A stretch of 63,011 nt of DNA, counting the filler, from Phoronis australis (taxonomy: Eukaryota > Animalia > Phoronida): the NCBI GenBank assembly GCA_002633005.1. It is 6 parts of 6 records of this genome, joined end to end, with 100 filler letters (N's around TTAATTAATTAA, not from the genome) between each part and the next. Parts side by side here need not be neighbours in the genome. Positions count along the whole stretch, not along the records: positions 1 to 22,477 come from NMRA01001389.1; positions 22,578 to 48,107 come from NMRA01001344.1; 4 more parts are not named here. The stretch is one strand, 5' to 3'. Of this stretch, positions 12,026 through 24,495 are shown piece by piece (the first letter of the stretch is position 1; the number at the start of each line of letters is the position of its first letter). Made by a program: the position numbers and the translations under genes. The notes beneath the pieces are model-generated. The model was not told the DNA's origin, did not search any database, and saw nothing but the letters and a program-made list of their open reading frames with translations.

Positions 12026-13358
12026 ATACAACAACGAACACACGAGTTCACGATTTCTTCCCGATGGTCTTGAATACTTATTTACGTAATGAAAACAACA
12101 AAAACGCGCACCAACAGTGGACTGGAGAGTAAGACCTGATTACGCAATTTCCAAACTATTCAGAGTTACCACAAGCTCGTATTGTCTGACAACCATGTAG
12201 GGTACGCTCCATTTTGGAGCGCAAAATTTACAATGGTACCAGTTATAATAGAGTAATATTGAAGGTCACTCAAAGTTTTCACAGATTCAGCTCTAGGAAT
12301 AGTACTCAGGTTGCTGGTTTTCCATCTATCAAAAGCAAGCCTATAAATTATTTCAACTGAATTGAATAACATTAAAATGGAAAACACAATGGGAAATTTT
12401 TACTATTACCGATTAACCCTGCATCGGCTAACCAATGAAGTCGAAAGACGGGATAAAAAGTAAATCCATGAATAATCTGAAAGTTAAATTGCGCCTAAGC
12501 AATACCACAAAATTCAAGTAATGTTGTCATGAATCTATTATCCTGCAATATTTTCGACAGTTGCTACCCATTTAAAGAGAAATCTGGATTTCAGTTTCTG
12601 GTTATTGTAGAGAGAAATGTAGATGTCGAATCTACCTCTGCGCATGCTCAACTCGGGACTGTGAACTCGTATTTCATGGCCGCTTATCAGAGAACGAGTG
12701 ATATTATGAATCCTTAATATGTTGTTTGTTTTATGTGAGGAATGTTGATGAATAAATACTTGTTGTTATTCTGCATTAAATTCAATTTTACTTCCACTGT
12801 ATGAAAAGCTATTTCTAAGACTTTTGTTGTTGCCGTTGTCATTTTTACATGTAATTAAGAATGACATTTTAAATCGTTTTCTTCATTTCATTATCCTTCC
12901 TGTCAGTGGTTGCAAAGATAAGTTTTCTCCAGGGGCGTCGCTGTTGTGCATCGCACCACGTAATTACGCGTAACGCATCAGCCAATCCTCAGATAACTTT
13001 TACGAAGTCCACAGTTGAAAATGTACGCGAAAACGCAATTACTACGTGAACAAGTACTGGCAGCGCTATTTTGGAAGGGGGCAAGCTCGCTGCGCCATAA
13101 CTCCATTTATGAATGACATTGCATAATAGTTTTGTTCGGCGTCGTCTTTCTGAACCATGCGTGAACACCACCCTTTAAAATGACGCACTTTGTTAAGTTT
13201 CATTATTTTCTTTTATTTCAGAAATGTTTTTGATGTGGCGTCAAATATAATCGGAAGACAGTTTCAAATTATTACAGAGATAAATGTATAGATGCAATGT
13301 TGTGTGAAATTGAAATAGCGAACTTTTTTCTTTTTCAAAATTGAAATAATAATTAGCA

Positions 13359-13733
13359 TTACTTTCCTATTTTATGAAAGTCTGGAAGGTTGTACATCAT
13401 ATCTCGAGTTCCGGCATTTCTCTTCTCTTCCATCCCCTGTAGTATATATTCAGGATCATGTATTAGGCTGTGTAAGTTGTCCAAACGGTTTACCATATAT
13501 TTGTACCCGTTCGTTTCGTCATCTATTGTCGCCCCACCATTACTTGCCATGTTCATTTTGTTCGCTTGTAATTCACTCTCGTCGATATCGTGGCCATCCG
13601 AGATTACGATTGGGTAGTCTTTTAAAAAAGATGGCGCACTCCGAGGCTGTTGTACATAATTCCTTCTCTCATCCGTGTCGTACAGATATATCGCAGTTGG
13701 AATCTTTGTCTTTAACAAACCAAGCAGAAGGCC
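13359..13733 (-). CDS. Pdf: Pigment-dispersing factor / cerebrin neuropeptide precursor, last coding exon
   Basis: Exon opens after ttgtag (acceptor at 13734-13735) and ends ...GMEE-KR-NAGTRDMMYNLPDFHKI-GK*. This is a dibasic site, a 17-mer resembling Aplysia cerebrin (NGGTADALYNLPDLEKIamide, recalled) and an amidation Gly. The signal-peptide exon was not confidently located. Minus-strand AATAAA at 13212-13217. Confidence 0.88.
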   Translation of the reverse strand, partial: GLLLGLLKTKIPTAIYLYDTDERRNYVQQPRSAPSFLKDYPIVISDGHDIDESELQANKMNMASNGGATIDDETNGYKYMVNRLDNLHSLIHDPEYILQGMEEKRNAGTRDMMYNLPDFHKIGK

Positions 13734-16700
13734 CTACAAATACGTTCTATCATTAATCATTTCCTCCATTGCAATTCATGGGCAAAACACAGCATGAGGC
13801 CGACGTGGAAAAATGCGGTAGGCTTTTGATTGCCAATGCAGTTTTAGGCTAACAACTTTAATCCTTCACAAAATTTTGCACCAATCGGCTCATGTTTCAC
13901 ACCTGCTGTGTTACACACACACTGCAGCCGAAATGCAACAGGTTTCCACGTGCCGACTCGCTGTTGAGTGGGTCGTGTTACCCGGTGGCTACGTGTCGCG
14001 ATTCAATTTTCATCCAACAGAAGTACGGATGTTTTACTGTTAGTAAATTCAAGCATACAACTGTAGGCATTATCTGCGACACCTGTTGGCAGGAAATGTA
14101 CATCTACATGTAGCTGTGGCTTCGTAATAGTTCTTAGTTTGGAACCCCTTCCTCACCAATCCCAAATCGTAAGAATATGAATGCCAATGTCAACATGTCA
14201 TTTCGCTGCCTTCCTTCTCAATAATGTCTGCGCTACATGTAACGCACACTACTCTTTGGCAAAAATGAACAAACACCTCCTTATAACAAAAATCTTCAAA
14301 CTCATGCAACTGTCGCGACGCTAATTCGAGAAATTAAACGCAAAACAAGATGACGGCAACATTTTGAGAGCATATCGTGTTCATTAGCAACTAACATTAA
14401 TTGAAAGTCGTCTTGAGAATAATTTTAACTGCAAATAGTCTTGCATTAAGCCGTCTTTAAGTAAGGGAGATAATTATTTATCTCAAAATTGGCATTCCCC
14501 TGGTGTTATAGAACTTCATTTATCGCTCTTTCTTGAAGATTTAATATTTTGGTTCTGTCTGAGCCAAGCACCTAAGTACAGACGTCTAGGCGTGGGTGCA
14601 AAGTGTCATTAGTGTTGGTTATGCCACAGTACTCCAAACGGATATCGTTTGGTTTAAGTTAAATGCGCCAGGTCATCGTAGCGAATCATCTCCCCCTGTC
14701 TTTGCTAATTACCAACCTACTGGGATTTTAAAAAACAAATACCTTTTTAAGTATCTGAGTACACACTCACTGTTCAAATATATTCACGGAAAATGTTTTA
14801 AAATATGGACAATTATGACTACTGCAAGGTGAACTCTTGAATCCCGTGTGTCACACGCGTATGTACAAAAGCGGAAGGCGGAAGCGTTTGCGACGTCACG
14901 ATCCCACTCAAAGCACAAATTAACGAAGCGTGATGTAATTCCGTTTTAGAACAAGCCCGCAGGAAGTATGACGTTTCTCTGGGACTGACGCTACTGAATC
15001 ATTTCCTTGCCTGTCTCGTTAAATCCTTATTACTAAGAAATCATAGGCGTAAACTTATTTCAAATAGGCTCTTTTTAAATCAGACATGGCCACTCTCATG
15101 CAGAAAAAGTACATGTACTACAAACCTGTGGGGATACACTAGCCGGTAAAACCAACACAATTTGGCAAACAAACTATGCGGAGGTGGATACTGCCATCAA
15201 AGTAATGACAGTCGCCGTTATAAAGCTTAATAGTAGATCTACATTACTATACCGAACTTTGTAAACAGAAGTGAGCCTTACTCTTAAAATTTACGTCAGA
15301 CGACTTGATTCTTTGGTGTTACAAAAGGTAAAAGAAGCGAAACTCAACCTAGTAGCACGGGCGGCGTAGCAATGAAATAAGTGGGGGTTATAACCCTCTC
15401 AGCCCCCTATGGCGCGCGCCACCTATGCCCATGTTACCAAGCTTTGCTGAAGGTATGTAACTCTGAACATGCATGTTGCAAACCCTATACAATAGACATT
15501 TTTTTAATGTCGCTATTTTGATATGCACGTAGGATTCTGGAAATTCGGAGGACATTCCTCAGCAACACGATGTCATAACCAATGCCACCAAAAGGAAAGG
15601 CATTTCAAATCCGGTTATATATTTTGACTTGCAGACTTAGTAGCCTGAAAAATTATATCAAAATGATCAAATTTCAATAAGAGTTTAAGTAAATGCTCAA
15701 CAATTTTTAATCAGTTGTATAGTACAGACAGCGCACCTCCCCGCAATAATAAAATCGTGTCTAAATTGGGCGTTGAAAATTTTAGTGAAATAGCACGAGT
15801 TTACCTGATTATTCATTTTCTAAGCAGTGTCATCTGATCTTTTCGCATCTGAAGTGATTTAGTTTTCCATTTTGAATTGAAACCAACATCTGCTTTGAAT
15901 TAAGAAATATCCAAAAGAGTGTCTTTAGCGATTTTTTCTCAAAATTGCTGATGAAAATAAGGGCATTATTGCGGAAGCAGTCTACTTTTTGAACGCTAAG
16001 CATATTACTGAGTTCCATATGCAAGATATTCCATTAAATGTTATAAATGTGCAGTGTCACCTCGTTAAAGCATAAAAACTGCAACTGCCATAGATAATAA
16101 CACTAACTAAACAAACCTAGAATCTTCATCGTCACAAACGCAAAATTCACAATTCTGTCAAAAAGTTCAAATTACTCGGTGGAAATACACGGTGGAGTTT
16201 AAAGTCTGACGTCACATGCAGATGTTTTAAAAAAGTCACTAAAAGCCTTCTAAAATCTTCTTTTGAAGGGGCGATCTTTCGATGTGCAATTCTTATATAT
16301 TTTCAATGGATGTTAACAAAATCCTACAAATTTCAACCGTTTGTAAACTAACATGCAAGCCCGAAAATACATGTACATGCACACAAGGCCAGGCGCACCG
16401 AGCGAGCCAGTATCATACATTGGCAAGAATCTTTGCATTGCGAGAGCCGAATAGCCATTTTTATATAAATGATGGAGTGCACCGGAGCATCAATTTGAAA
16501 CATTATTTTACTCGTTTGGTTGGCGTATAGGCACAAGCACCTTGTTCCTAAAATAGACGTATTGCCGAATGTAGTCGTATGAGCCTAAATGCACGCATAT
16601 ATCGTCATAATAAAACTTTGTGGAATAGTGCTGATAAATGTACATTTCTCAACTTCAACCAGTCGGGATGTCTGAATAATATTATCCAACCAATACGAAC

Positions 16701-19700
16701 AGTTCGAATTCTACTTCACTGGGCAGGGCGTTTCGAAGGCCAACTTTTTTTACAGAAAGGCAATATCTGGCAAAACGTCACAAAATCGACTGTTACACAC
16801 CAGACAGTCGGATCTGGAAACCTAGGATTGCGAAAGTAGGAAGGGGTCAACAAAATTTTCGAAAGAAAAAGTTCCATGTAAATCCCCATACCGACATAGC
16901 CTTTAGTCATGTCAATAGAGGGTTTCTAAATCCGTTAGTGAAATATATATCTCAATCCCATAACATGCTAGGACTGAAAGCAGTGCATTTAAGCTGCTTA
17001 TGGTAACACATGTAGTTTCCAGTGCTCTTTTGATGAGACTTTTCCTTTCCGGCTTAATTGAGAATTTTGTTTTGAAGACGGATGACTACGAAACGAAGGT
17101 TTTGGAGACTACCCTTTAAGAAATCAGGGTTTTAGAGACTGACCCAATTTTGAAAGTGTTTCAAAAATCGTTCTAAGCTGCGTTTTAAGAATTTCAGCAA
17201 AAGTGCCAGTTTCATGTCAGGCCCAAATGGTTCATCTCCTTGGCGCGGAGGCTGACATCTTTATGTTCTCTTCTAAATGTGTACAATGCAGTTCCGTTTA
17301 AATGCATGTTCACTTTGGTCATTCGAGTTCTACCGTGTTAAACGGATATGACGAACAAAGTATCTGAATCGGCAAAACTTACTTTTCTCAAATTTCCGTA
17401 AGATGGGGCTAACACCTTCTCGTAGCTCTGGGGTACAGGGCCTCCTCTCACAATAACAAATAGAGTTAGAATTAAGCTGCATGCCGTAACGAAACCATTT
17501 CTTTTAAAACACGCCATCTCTTTCTGAAATGGGAAAGGAATGTATATAACTTACTGTCACTAATTTCCAATGTCAACGTCATATATATATGCATTTAGTC
17601 AGAGCAGCAATTATGACTGGAAAACATATAAGTTCATGATTGAAATCTAAATGGTGGATGACTGCTCTGCAGTGTACGTGTATATGCTCAACAGCTTGGT
17701 GGCAGCAAGGCTCAAGCCGGAGTCTTCTTCCTAACAGACTGTGGTGAAGAATTTCTAATGCACAAGACACCTTGTAAAGTTTATCTTGATTTCCCAAAAA
17801 AACTGAGAAAGTTATTCCTCTTCAGAAAACAATTGTGATAAAAACTTCCGTTTTTAAATATCCAATCTATGGGACTGCAGAGAAGAAGTACGCGGATAAA
17901 TCCTTCATTTTCTGTTCATTATGAAGGTGAACGGTGAGGGGGGAAATAATATTGAACCAGTCGAAATACCCCAAAATAGAGGCTTATTTCAGATTGGCAA
18001 AAGTCATCTAGCGCGCTGTGGTGCTTTGTGGGTCAGATGCTAGATTATCCCTAATTTTAATTTACACCTAAGTTGACCGAAACGTCATCGTTTTCTTAGA
18101 TTATTGCTTCTAATTCTCAAACATTGCTTGTGAGTTAGCCCATTTTCGTGGATGTATGCATCTAAGACCAAAATCAGGCGTGCCTCCAATAGAAGACGAG
18201 GATCTCGATTCACAGAACACGCCACACGTCGTGAGACATCACCACGTGCTACAAGCAAAGCACGTGATCACGTCATTAGCTAGGTTCCTGTGTCTAAGAG
18301 AACAACTCTGACATCCGAGACCGTTACATCGTAACAAAATGCAACAAAAAGCGCACACATAGCGCTGTTTGAGATAAGGGTAGGTCCAGACATTTTTTAA
18401 TCAATAATTAACAATTTCAGTTCGCGCAGATATTCGACGGGCAATCAGAAGAGCTTCGCAGAAGAGGCATCCGGCGACGTGAATTCTGGTTTGTGCTGCA
18501 GGTAGCCTGTTGCGCTTTATAACTTAAATGTGTACATGTACTCTAAAAACTGCCAGAACATGTACTTTGAGCACCTTACTTCCTTAGGTACATACTTGTA
18601 TACGGTGCACGTACATCAAAAATACATTAATACCCTGACTTTGTTGTGGCCATATGCTAGTTTCAAAGAACATTCCTAATGACCATCCTCAAAGTAATTA
18701 TTATTCTTGAAATTCTTTAGAATAAAGTATCGAAAGTTGAATGAATATATTACCATCGCTAATATTTTTCTTCTTTAATTCACGAATAATTGTGTTCAAG
18801 TTCTTCAAACTGTCATCCTGCTGAAAACGGTCGATGTTATGTTTTTTTTTCGATAGTGTGGTTGCTTAGGCCGCACAATTTAAAGCTGGTAGGTTTCCCA
18901 CGAACGATTTCTGTGGATATTCTCTACCAGTTTGAAATTTCCCTACTTCCTTAATAGTTTGTGATTAACTGACAATGCAAGGTTTAAAGCGGACAAATTG
19001 TGGCCAATATGATGTGGGGCCTCGAGAAACCCATCACATCTTTAAAAACTAGAAAAGAGTGACAATTGATTCCATCAGAGGCTGACCCTCAGGGGCTGAC
19101 CCTCAGGGACCTGACGTTCTTTACATTAAGAAGTGGTATGGTTTCACACAATCTGGTAAAGTCATTGGCAAGCAATGTTGTATTAGGTGCCCCCTCCGTG
19201 TGTGGTCTCTTAAAAAGAAAACATGCTTATGAAGAACGGAAGGAGGCTTACCGCGGAGGCCATCACCGAGCGACCTCCCCCAAAATATGAAAAACACGTA
19301 ATTTTCAACAACACGCAATGAGCAACTTCCTTCATTATAACCCCTCCCTGCAAGGTTCCCAGTTTATTTTGACGTAACATTTCGAGAAAAAATAACAAAA
19401 CAATGCGAGCGACAGATGCGGCCTCCATTGCCCCTTCCCAAAGAGGGTGGAGACGGCTTTGCATTCTGAAAATCATGTTCTTTTGAATACACAATTGTTA
19501 ATCAAGTTATCTGGGTTTTCCTGCAAAACAAGCAGTCTCGACCAATTTTGAAGTACGTATGACATGTTGTCCTAAGTATGATTAAAAAGACTTTTGCACG
19601 TGTAATTAGACGATCTACATGTATACTTCAAAATATGTAGGCACCCAAAAAAAATGTCCTGACCAATGTTCCAAATGATAATCCTAGCACAGGTAGTAGA

Positions 19701-20099
19701 CAAATTTACACTTGAACATTCTCTTTTGCGGTTGTTTCGCTCTCACGTCTTTGTATTCTCGATTTTCATTTACTCCAAGCCTACGCCTATGACGGTCAAC
19801 CCTATTTCGCCATTACACCAGTAAATATATGTATGATTAAGTTACGTGCACCCTCTCTTCCTACGGCCCCGTTCCCTTCTTTCCCTCATTTATTCAGCTT
19901 GCTTGAAAATTATAATTACACTTAAGTTACTAAAATAAAAAAAGAGTTTTCATCAAAGAACTTTTTCAAATCCAGGTGACACTGAGGTATTCTGAGTTCA
20001 AACGTGCGCAGTAGTCTGCATTTGGTTTACGCAAGGAGAGCCAGTACCCTCTGCCGAAATCATTCAAAGATTTGAACGAAAATGAAAAGCTTTCGTTAC

Positions 20100-20206
20100 C
20101 TGACAACCTCCTCAAAGTGCTCACTCTCTTCTGTTGTTTCGTCTTTCTCAGTGAATACCGTCGCTGGTTACTGTCAATGGTATTTAAATTTGCTCACATG
20201 ACGTCT
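20100..20206 (-). promoter_or_regulatory. Candidate promoter and non-coding first exon of the PDF/cerebrin gene
   Basis: Minus-strand donor CAG|GTAACG at 20100, purine-rich short exon, TTTAAATA TATA-like box at 20181-20188 and CRE-like TGACGTCT at 20199-20206. The link to the PDF gene is inferred from orientation only. Confidence 0.3.
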
Positions 20207-21439
20207 ACAGGGATTCACGCGGTGGTTCTTTGAAAACCGGATAGTCACACTCCTTGCATAATAGGACGACATATTAAATCGATCTTCATACTCATTATTA
20301 CAGATGCAATCTACTAATTACACGAATGACATCTCCTTATGGACCTATGAATGTTTCATTGTGTAGGAGTGAGTTGGTTTAATGAAAATAAAGTACATGT
20401 ACAATGTATGATGCAACGTTCCGCAAATAAACAAAACAAAGAGTGTTAAAATGTTTGAAACATCATATAGTAACGGTCTTCTCGAGTGCGAAATCACAAT
20501 AGCTTGCTTCGTGCACTGGGCCACCTGAGAAAATCATTTGCGGTGTTACTTTAGATACGGGTATTCTTGTCAAAGTTGTTCACGGACACTTCCGCCTGTG
20601 CGTTACACGGCGACAGTATCCTGGGGATACTTCGTACTCACGAAAAGCACGTACGATTTGCTACAGACATGGAAAGCAGATTCACGTAAAAAATAGCCTT
20701 TACACAATTACTGGCGAGAGTACCATCTCGCGACGTCTAATACAGGGTGATTCACTTTCACCTGTGAGGAAATTTCCAGAAAATTCACAAAATTCATGGT
20801 TTTTGAAATAAGCGGGTGGTTACCACAAAGTTTCTAATCTCCCTCGCACTTATGATACAAGCGCGCACGCGCTCACAGTCAGTAGCTTAAAGTCGCTTGA
20901 GGTCAAAGGTCACATTTTCCATACCATGGAAATGTGGTATCTATATGTCTTGCCATACCAAATAAAGAGACGTGCTTTGCCTTGTGTGAGAAAAATCGAT
21001 GAAGAGTGGAGTAGTTGTGTGAAAGATCGGTTTTTTAACTCGAATATAAAAGAAAATGCTTTGATATCAACAGAAATTAAAAATCTTTACAAACAAACCC
21101 TAAAAATACCCGGTTAGCAGGATGAATTCTGTTTCAGTGGCAGAGAACCCTTTTCAACATTGCAATTGAGTCTGCTTATCGCGTTCCAAGCCTCTTTAAG
21201 ACTGGCTGCTGCATACCTTCGTTATCAACGACCAAAGTTCTTTTAAAAGTACTGAAGCAGTCCACTAAATCATGCAGTATATTTCCAACACATTTATTGA
21301 TGACGTCATAAATACATACGAATGACTTGATAGCACCACGAGAATTTCTTATTATTTGAAGAAAGGCCGTTTTAAAATTTGCCAACGAAGAATTTTCAAA
21401 AGTACAGGTAATATAATATAACATAATTATAATAAATAA

Positions 21440-21664
21440 CAGTTCATGTGTATATACATACATACGCACACACTCACACACAAACATATACATATATACA
21501 CATGCAGTATTATTTATCATTATATGTGTATATATACACATGCAGTATTATTTATCATTATATGTATATATATATATATATATATGTATATGTATGTGTA
21601 TGTATATTTTTATGTGTGTGTATGTATATGTATATGTATGTGTATGTATATATATATGTGTGTG

Positions 21665-21725
<61 letters not shown>
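21440..21725. repeat. Compound TA / TATATG / CA microsatellite
   Basis: Directly visible low-complexity tract; it explains the Y/I/M/C/V ORFs in the track. Confidence 0.95.
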
Positions 21726-21917
21726 TTAGGTTAGATATTTAGACATTGCTGTCGGAATAATTCATCAAAATTTATTACAGATAATGGGCGACTCTATGCT
21801 CAATAGGTGACGCTCATGGTGCTTTTCAACGATGCTTTGAAAAACAGTGTTGAAACAAATTTCGTCAACACTGTGTATGTTTGAGGCTGTACATTGTGGA
21901 TTCGGGTGCTTGACTAC

Positions 21918-22458
21918 CTAGGAGTCAAGGCAATCCACCATGAACGTTCTGAAGGTAAATAGATTTCCTTGTATGGATAATTCCCGCCAAAAAAGGGCGA
22001 CAATGAAATTTCTCTCTTTTGACATTATTTTTCGAAATGTAACTTCGCTAGTTGTAACCTTATAGTCAAAATCCTTCGAATTCCCTTCAATCACTTCCAA
22101 AATAGAGTTTCTCATTTTAAGAGTATATGTCTCACCGGAATCGTAAAAGTAAAACACGGCCGTTTCGCGCATATTACCGCATGATTCAGCATTAAATAGT
22201 CGTGGAAACACGTTCATGAGGTATTTCATTGGCGTTGTCTTAATTTTTTGAATTCTAGCCTTTTCCGGTGGTTTTATGGTAATTTTTCCGCTTTCCTCCA
22301 ACATGGACGTTAGGTAATAATTTCGCCCAGTTGCGCTCGTCTGTTGCGAAGCCAGTGCCTTCATTGCTCTCTGTCGTATGTTGCCTGCCTGATGCTTGTC
22401 TTTTTGGTTGTTCGAGGTTAAAACAAATGAAGTCAATTCTAACGCCCATTGAGGGTCC
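21918..22458 (-). CDS. Alkyl/aryl sulfatase (SdsA1/BDS1-like, metallo-beta-lactamase superfamily), last exon: dimerisation domain end plus SCP2-like domain
   Basis: After acceptor ctttaacag (22459-22460) it reads DPQWALELTSFVL...RQRAMKALASQQTSATGRNYYLTSMLEE, matching the recalled WALEL...A.W/GRNYYL..A.EL motif. This is followed by an SCP2-like segment (YTLKMRNSILEV...KVTTSEVTF...LSIQGN). Upstream exons are lost at the contig join. Confidence 0.8.
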
Positions 22459-22577
22459 CTGTTAAAGAGCGCGTTTTNNNNNNNNNNNNNNNNNNNNNNN
22501 NNNNNNNNNNNNNNNNNNNNNTTAATTAATTAANNNNNNNNNNNNNNNNNNNNNNNNNNNNNNNNNNNNNNNNNNNN

Positions 22578-24495
22578 CTCTGAGAGGCATATTGAGGTCA
22601 ACACAATATCATTCAACTGTGAAGATAGGTAACTAAGTTGTGATATTTAGTGAGTAGTAGCTCATGTAGTTGGTATAAGCATGGCATACTAAGTAACACT
22701 AACGATTACAGTCACTGTAATAATTTTAAAATGCAACAAAAATACAGTTGGCTGTTGCAATGGAAGACACGTGGCATGATATAGGAGAGGGAAAATAAAT
22801 TATTTAAACATTTAAAAATTCATGGCAGTCTGTGATAAAAGGTACAGTAATTAGCACAGAATTTTAATCTTATCAAAGAATACAATGAGTCCAACTTCTC
22901 ATTTACTAAATGTGTCTCTTTACCCACAGTGTATAGTATAGTTTAGTTTAGTTTCAAGGTGCAAAATAATATAACATTATGTCTCTTAAATATTTTTAGT
23001 GAAATTGCAAAATTTCTGACTTTAACCACTTTATTATGCAACAAATTATCTACCTTACATTGAATGTAATGCTGTAATTAAACTGCTTTTCATCCAACAG
23101 CACAGCTAACAACTTCCTGAAGTTGCTGGCCCAGGAAACAGGAGGACGTTATCACAGATGTCACAGTGAGTTCGATGCGGATCTATTTGCACACAAACTG
23201 CTGGATGAAGGATTCCATGATGAACAGGTAAGACCTTAAATGGTTTTTGATTGCCCCCACCCTGTTGTCAATCTTCTGAGGTGGGTATAAATATTTTTCA
23301 ACATTGCATTGTCGGAGTACTCTCGTTTTTTTTTCAAAATCCGTTTTTTTATTAATTTCAATTAACATTCTCTTGTCATATTGCAAATACATAGTTTTGA
23401 GTTGTACCCTTATTTTGAAGTTGGGTTGTTGGGGAAATACCTTAATTCTATTTTATTTCTGCCTATCGTGACAGTTTCACCATCAATAGGAATCGAGGTC
23501 TTATGAAATTTTTACAAAAGACTGCGTTATTCAAGCATTTTCACAAATGACAGCTTTTCAGTATGTTAATATTCAGGTATTGGACATGAAAAAATTGCCT
23601 TTGCTTAAGTATGGTCAGCCTTTTTGGAGATTTCAATATCTTCTTTTAAATTTCTGTTGTTCTGGGTGGGGCCTGTTTTATCAAAGATGCTTCCAGTCAT
23701 AGGAACGTTACTGCAAACACAATATTGGAACTGACGATGAGTTGAAAGGCGTTGTTTCATATGCATACGTAATGATGACCTTCATGAGCCTCTTTAATGA
23801 ATTGTCTGCAAATTAAAATCAAGCTTACAACCACCTTAGCTGAGATTCGTCTTGTTACCCATACCAAAATGGGATCTTGGTGGTTAATGCTAAACATGTC
23901 TGTCGGGCGTGCTGCAATAAAACAAGAACGATGTTTTTGTTTATCAATTCTCCGTTACCGTGTCAGTTTTGTTTTTTCGCAGTACCCTCATCTGCCTGAG
24001 TTTGATGGTGATGACTTAAGAAGGCTCGGTGCAGAAATCGCCCAAGTGCGCCGATACATCAGTCAGTCGCGTTCTTACCGAGCATTGTTCCCTGATGAGC
24101 AGAAGATGTCTGCGGCAGAAATCAAACAGAATGGAAAAAGTATGTTCTAATCTCTTAAAATATGATGAAATCAGCTGTTTTATGTCATAAAGTTATTTTG
24201 TTGTAATTTTGTCATGTTTGATATATTAGCTGGGATTACATAAAGGCAACCAGTCTTTATTGGCAATATTAAATGAATAAAATTACCATGAAACACCTTA
24301 TTTTATATCTCTTGGTGGTGTTATGGCAAAAACTGATTTTATTCGTACCAAAGATCTTGTCTATGTTAGCTTCAAGTTTAGTTTTGTTCTCCTTTTGGTT
24401 CTTTTAAGATATTAGTTATGAAAAATTAATTGCTTATTACATGAAAACTGTGATTTAATTTCTTTACAGTTGCTCCACCTCCGTTCATTCCTTGA
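22578..24495 (+). CDS. VWA3A: von Willebrand factor A domain-containing protein 3A, 3' exons (5'-partial)
   Basis: Exons 22578-22628 (IEVNTISFNCEDS), 23101-23227 (TANNFLKLLAQETGGRYHRC...LLDEGFHDEQ), 23983-24139 (YPHLPEFDGDDLRRLGAEIAQVRRYISQSRSYR...) and probable 24470-24495 (IAPPPFIP*). These match the recalled VWA3A C-terminus (FL..LA..TGGRYH; LP.F.GDDLR.L..EI). Confidence 0.85.

Noticed and set aside
13903-13921. Micro-exon to bridge the PDF signal exon phase
   Set aside because: It is 19 nt long and introduces an in-frame TAA.
21176-21742. Tyr/Ile/Met/Cys-rich ORFs
   Set aside because: Microsatellite translations; no recognisable protein.
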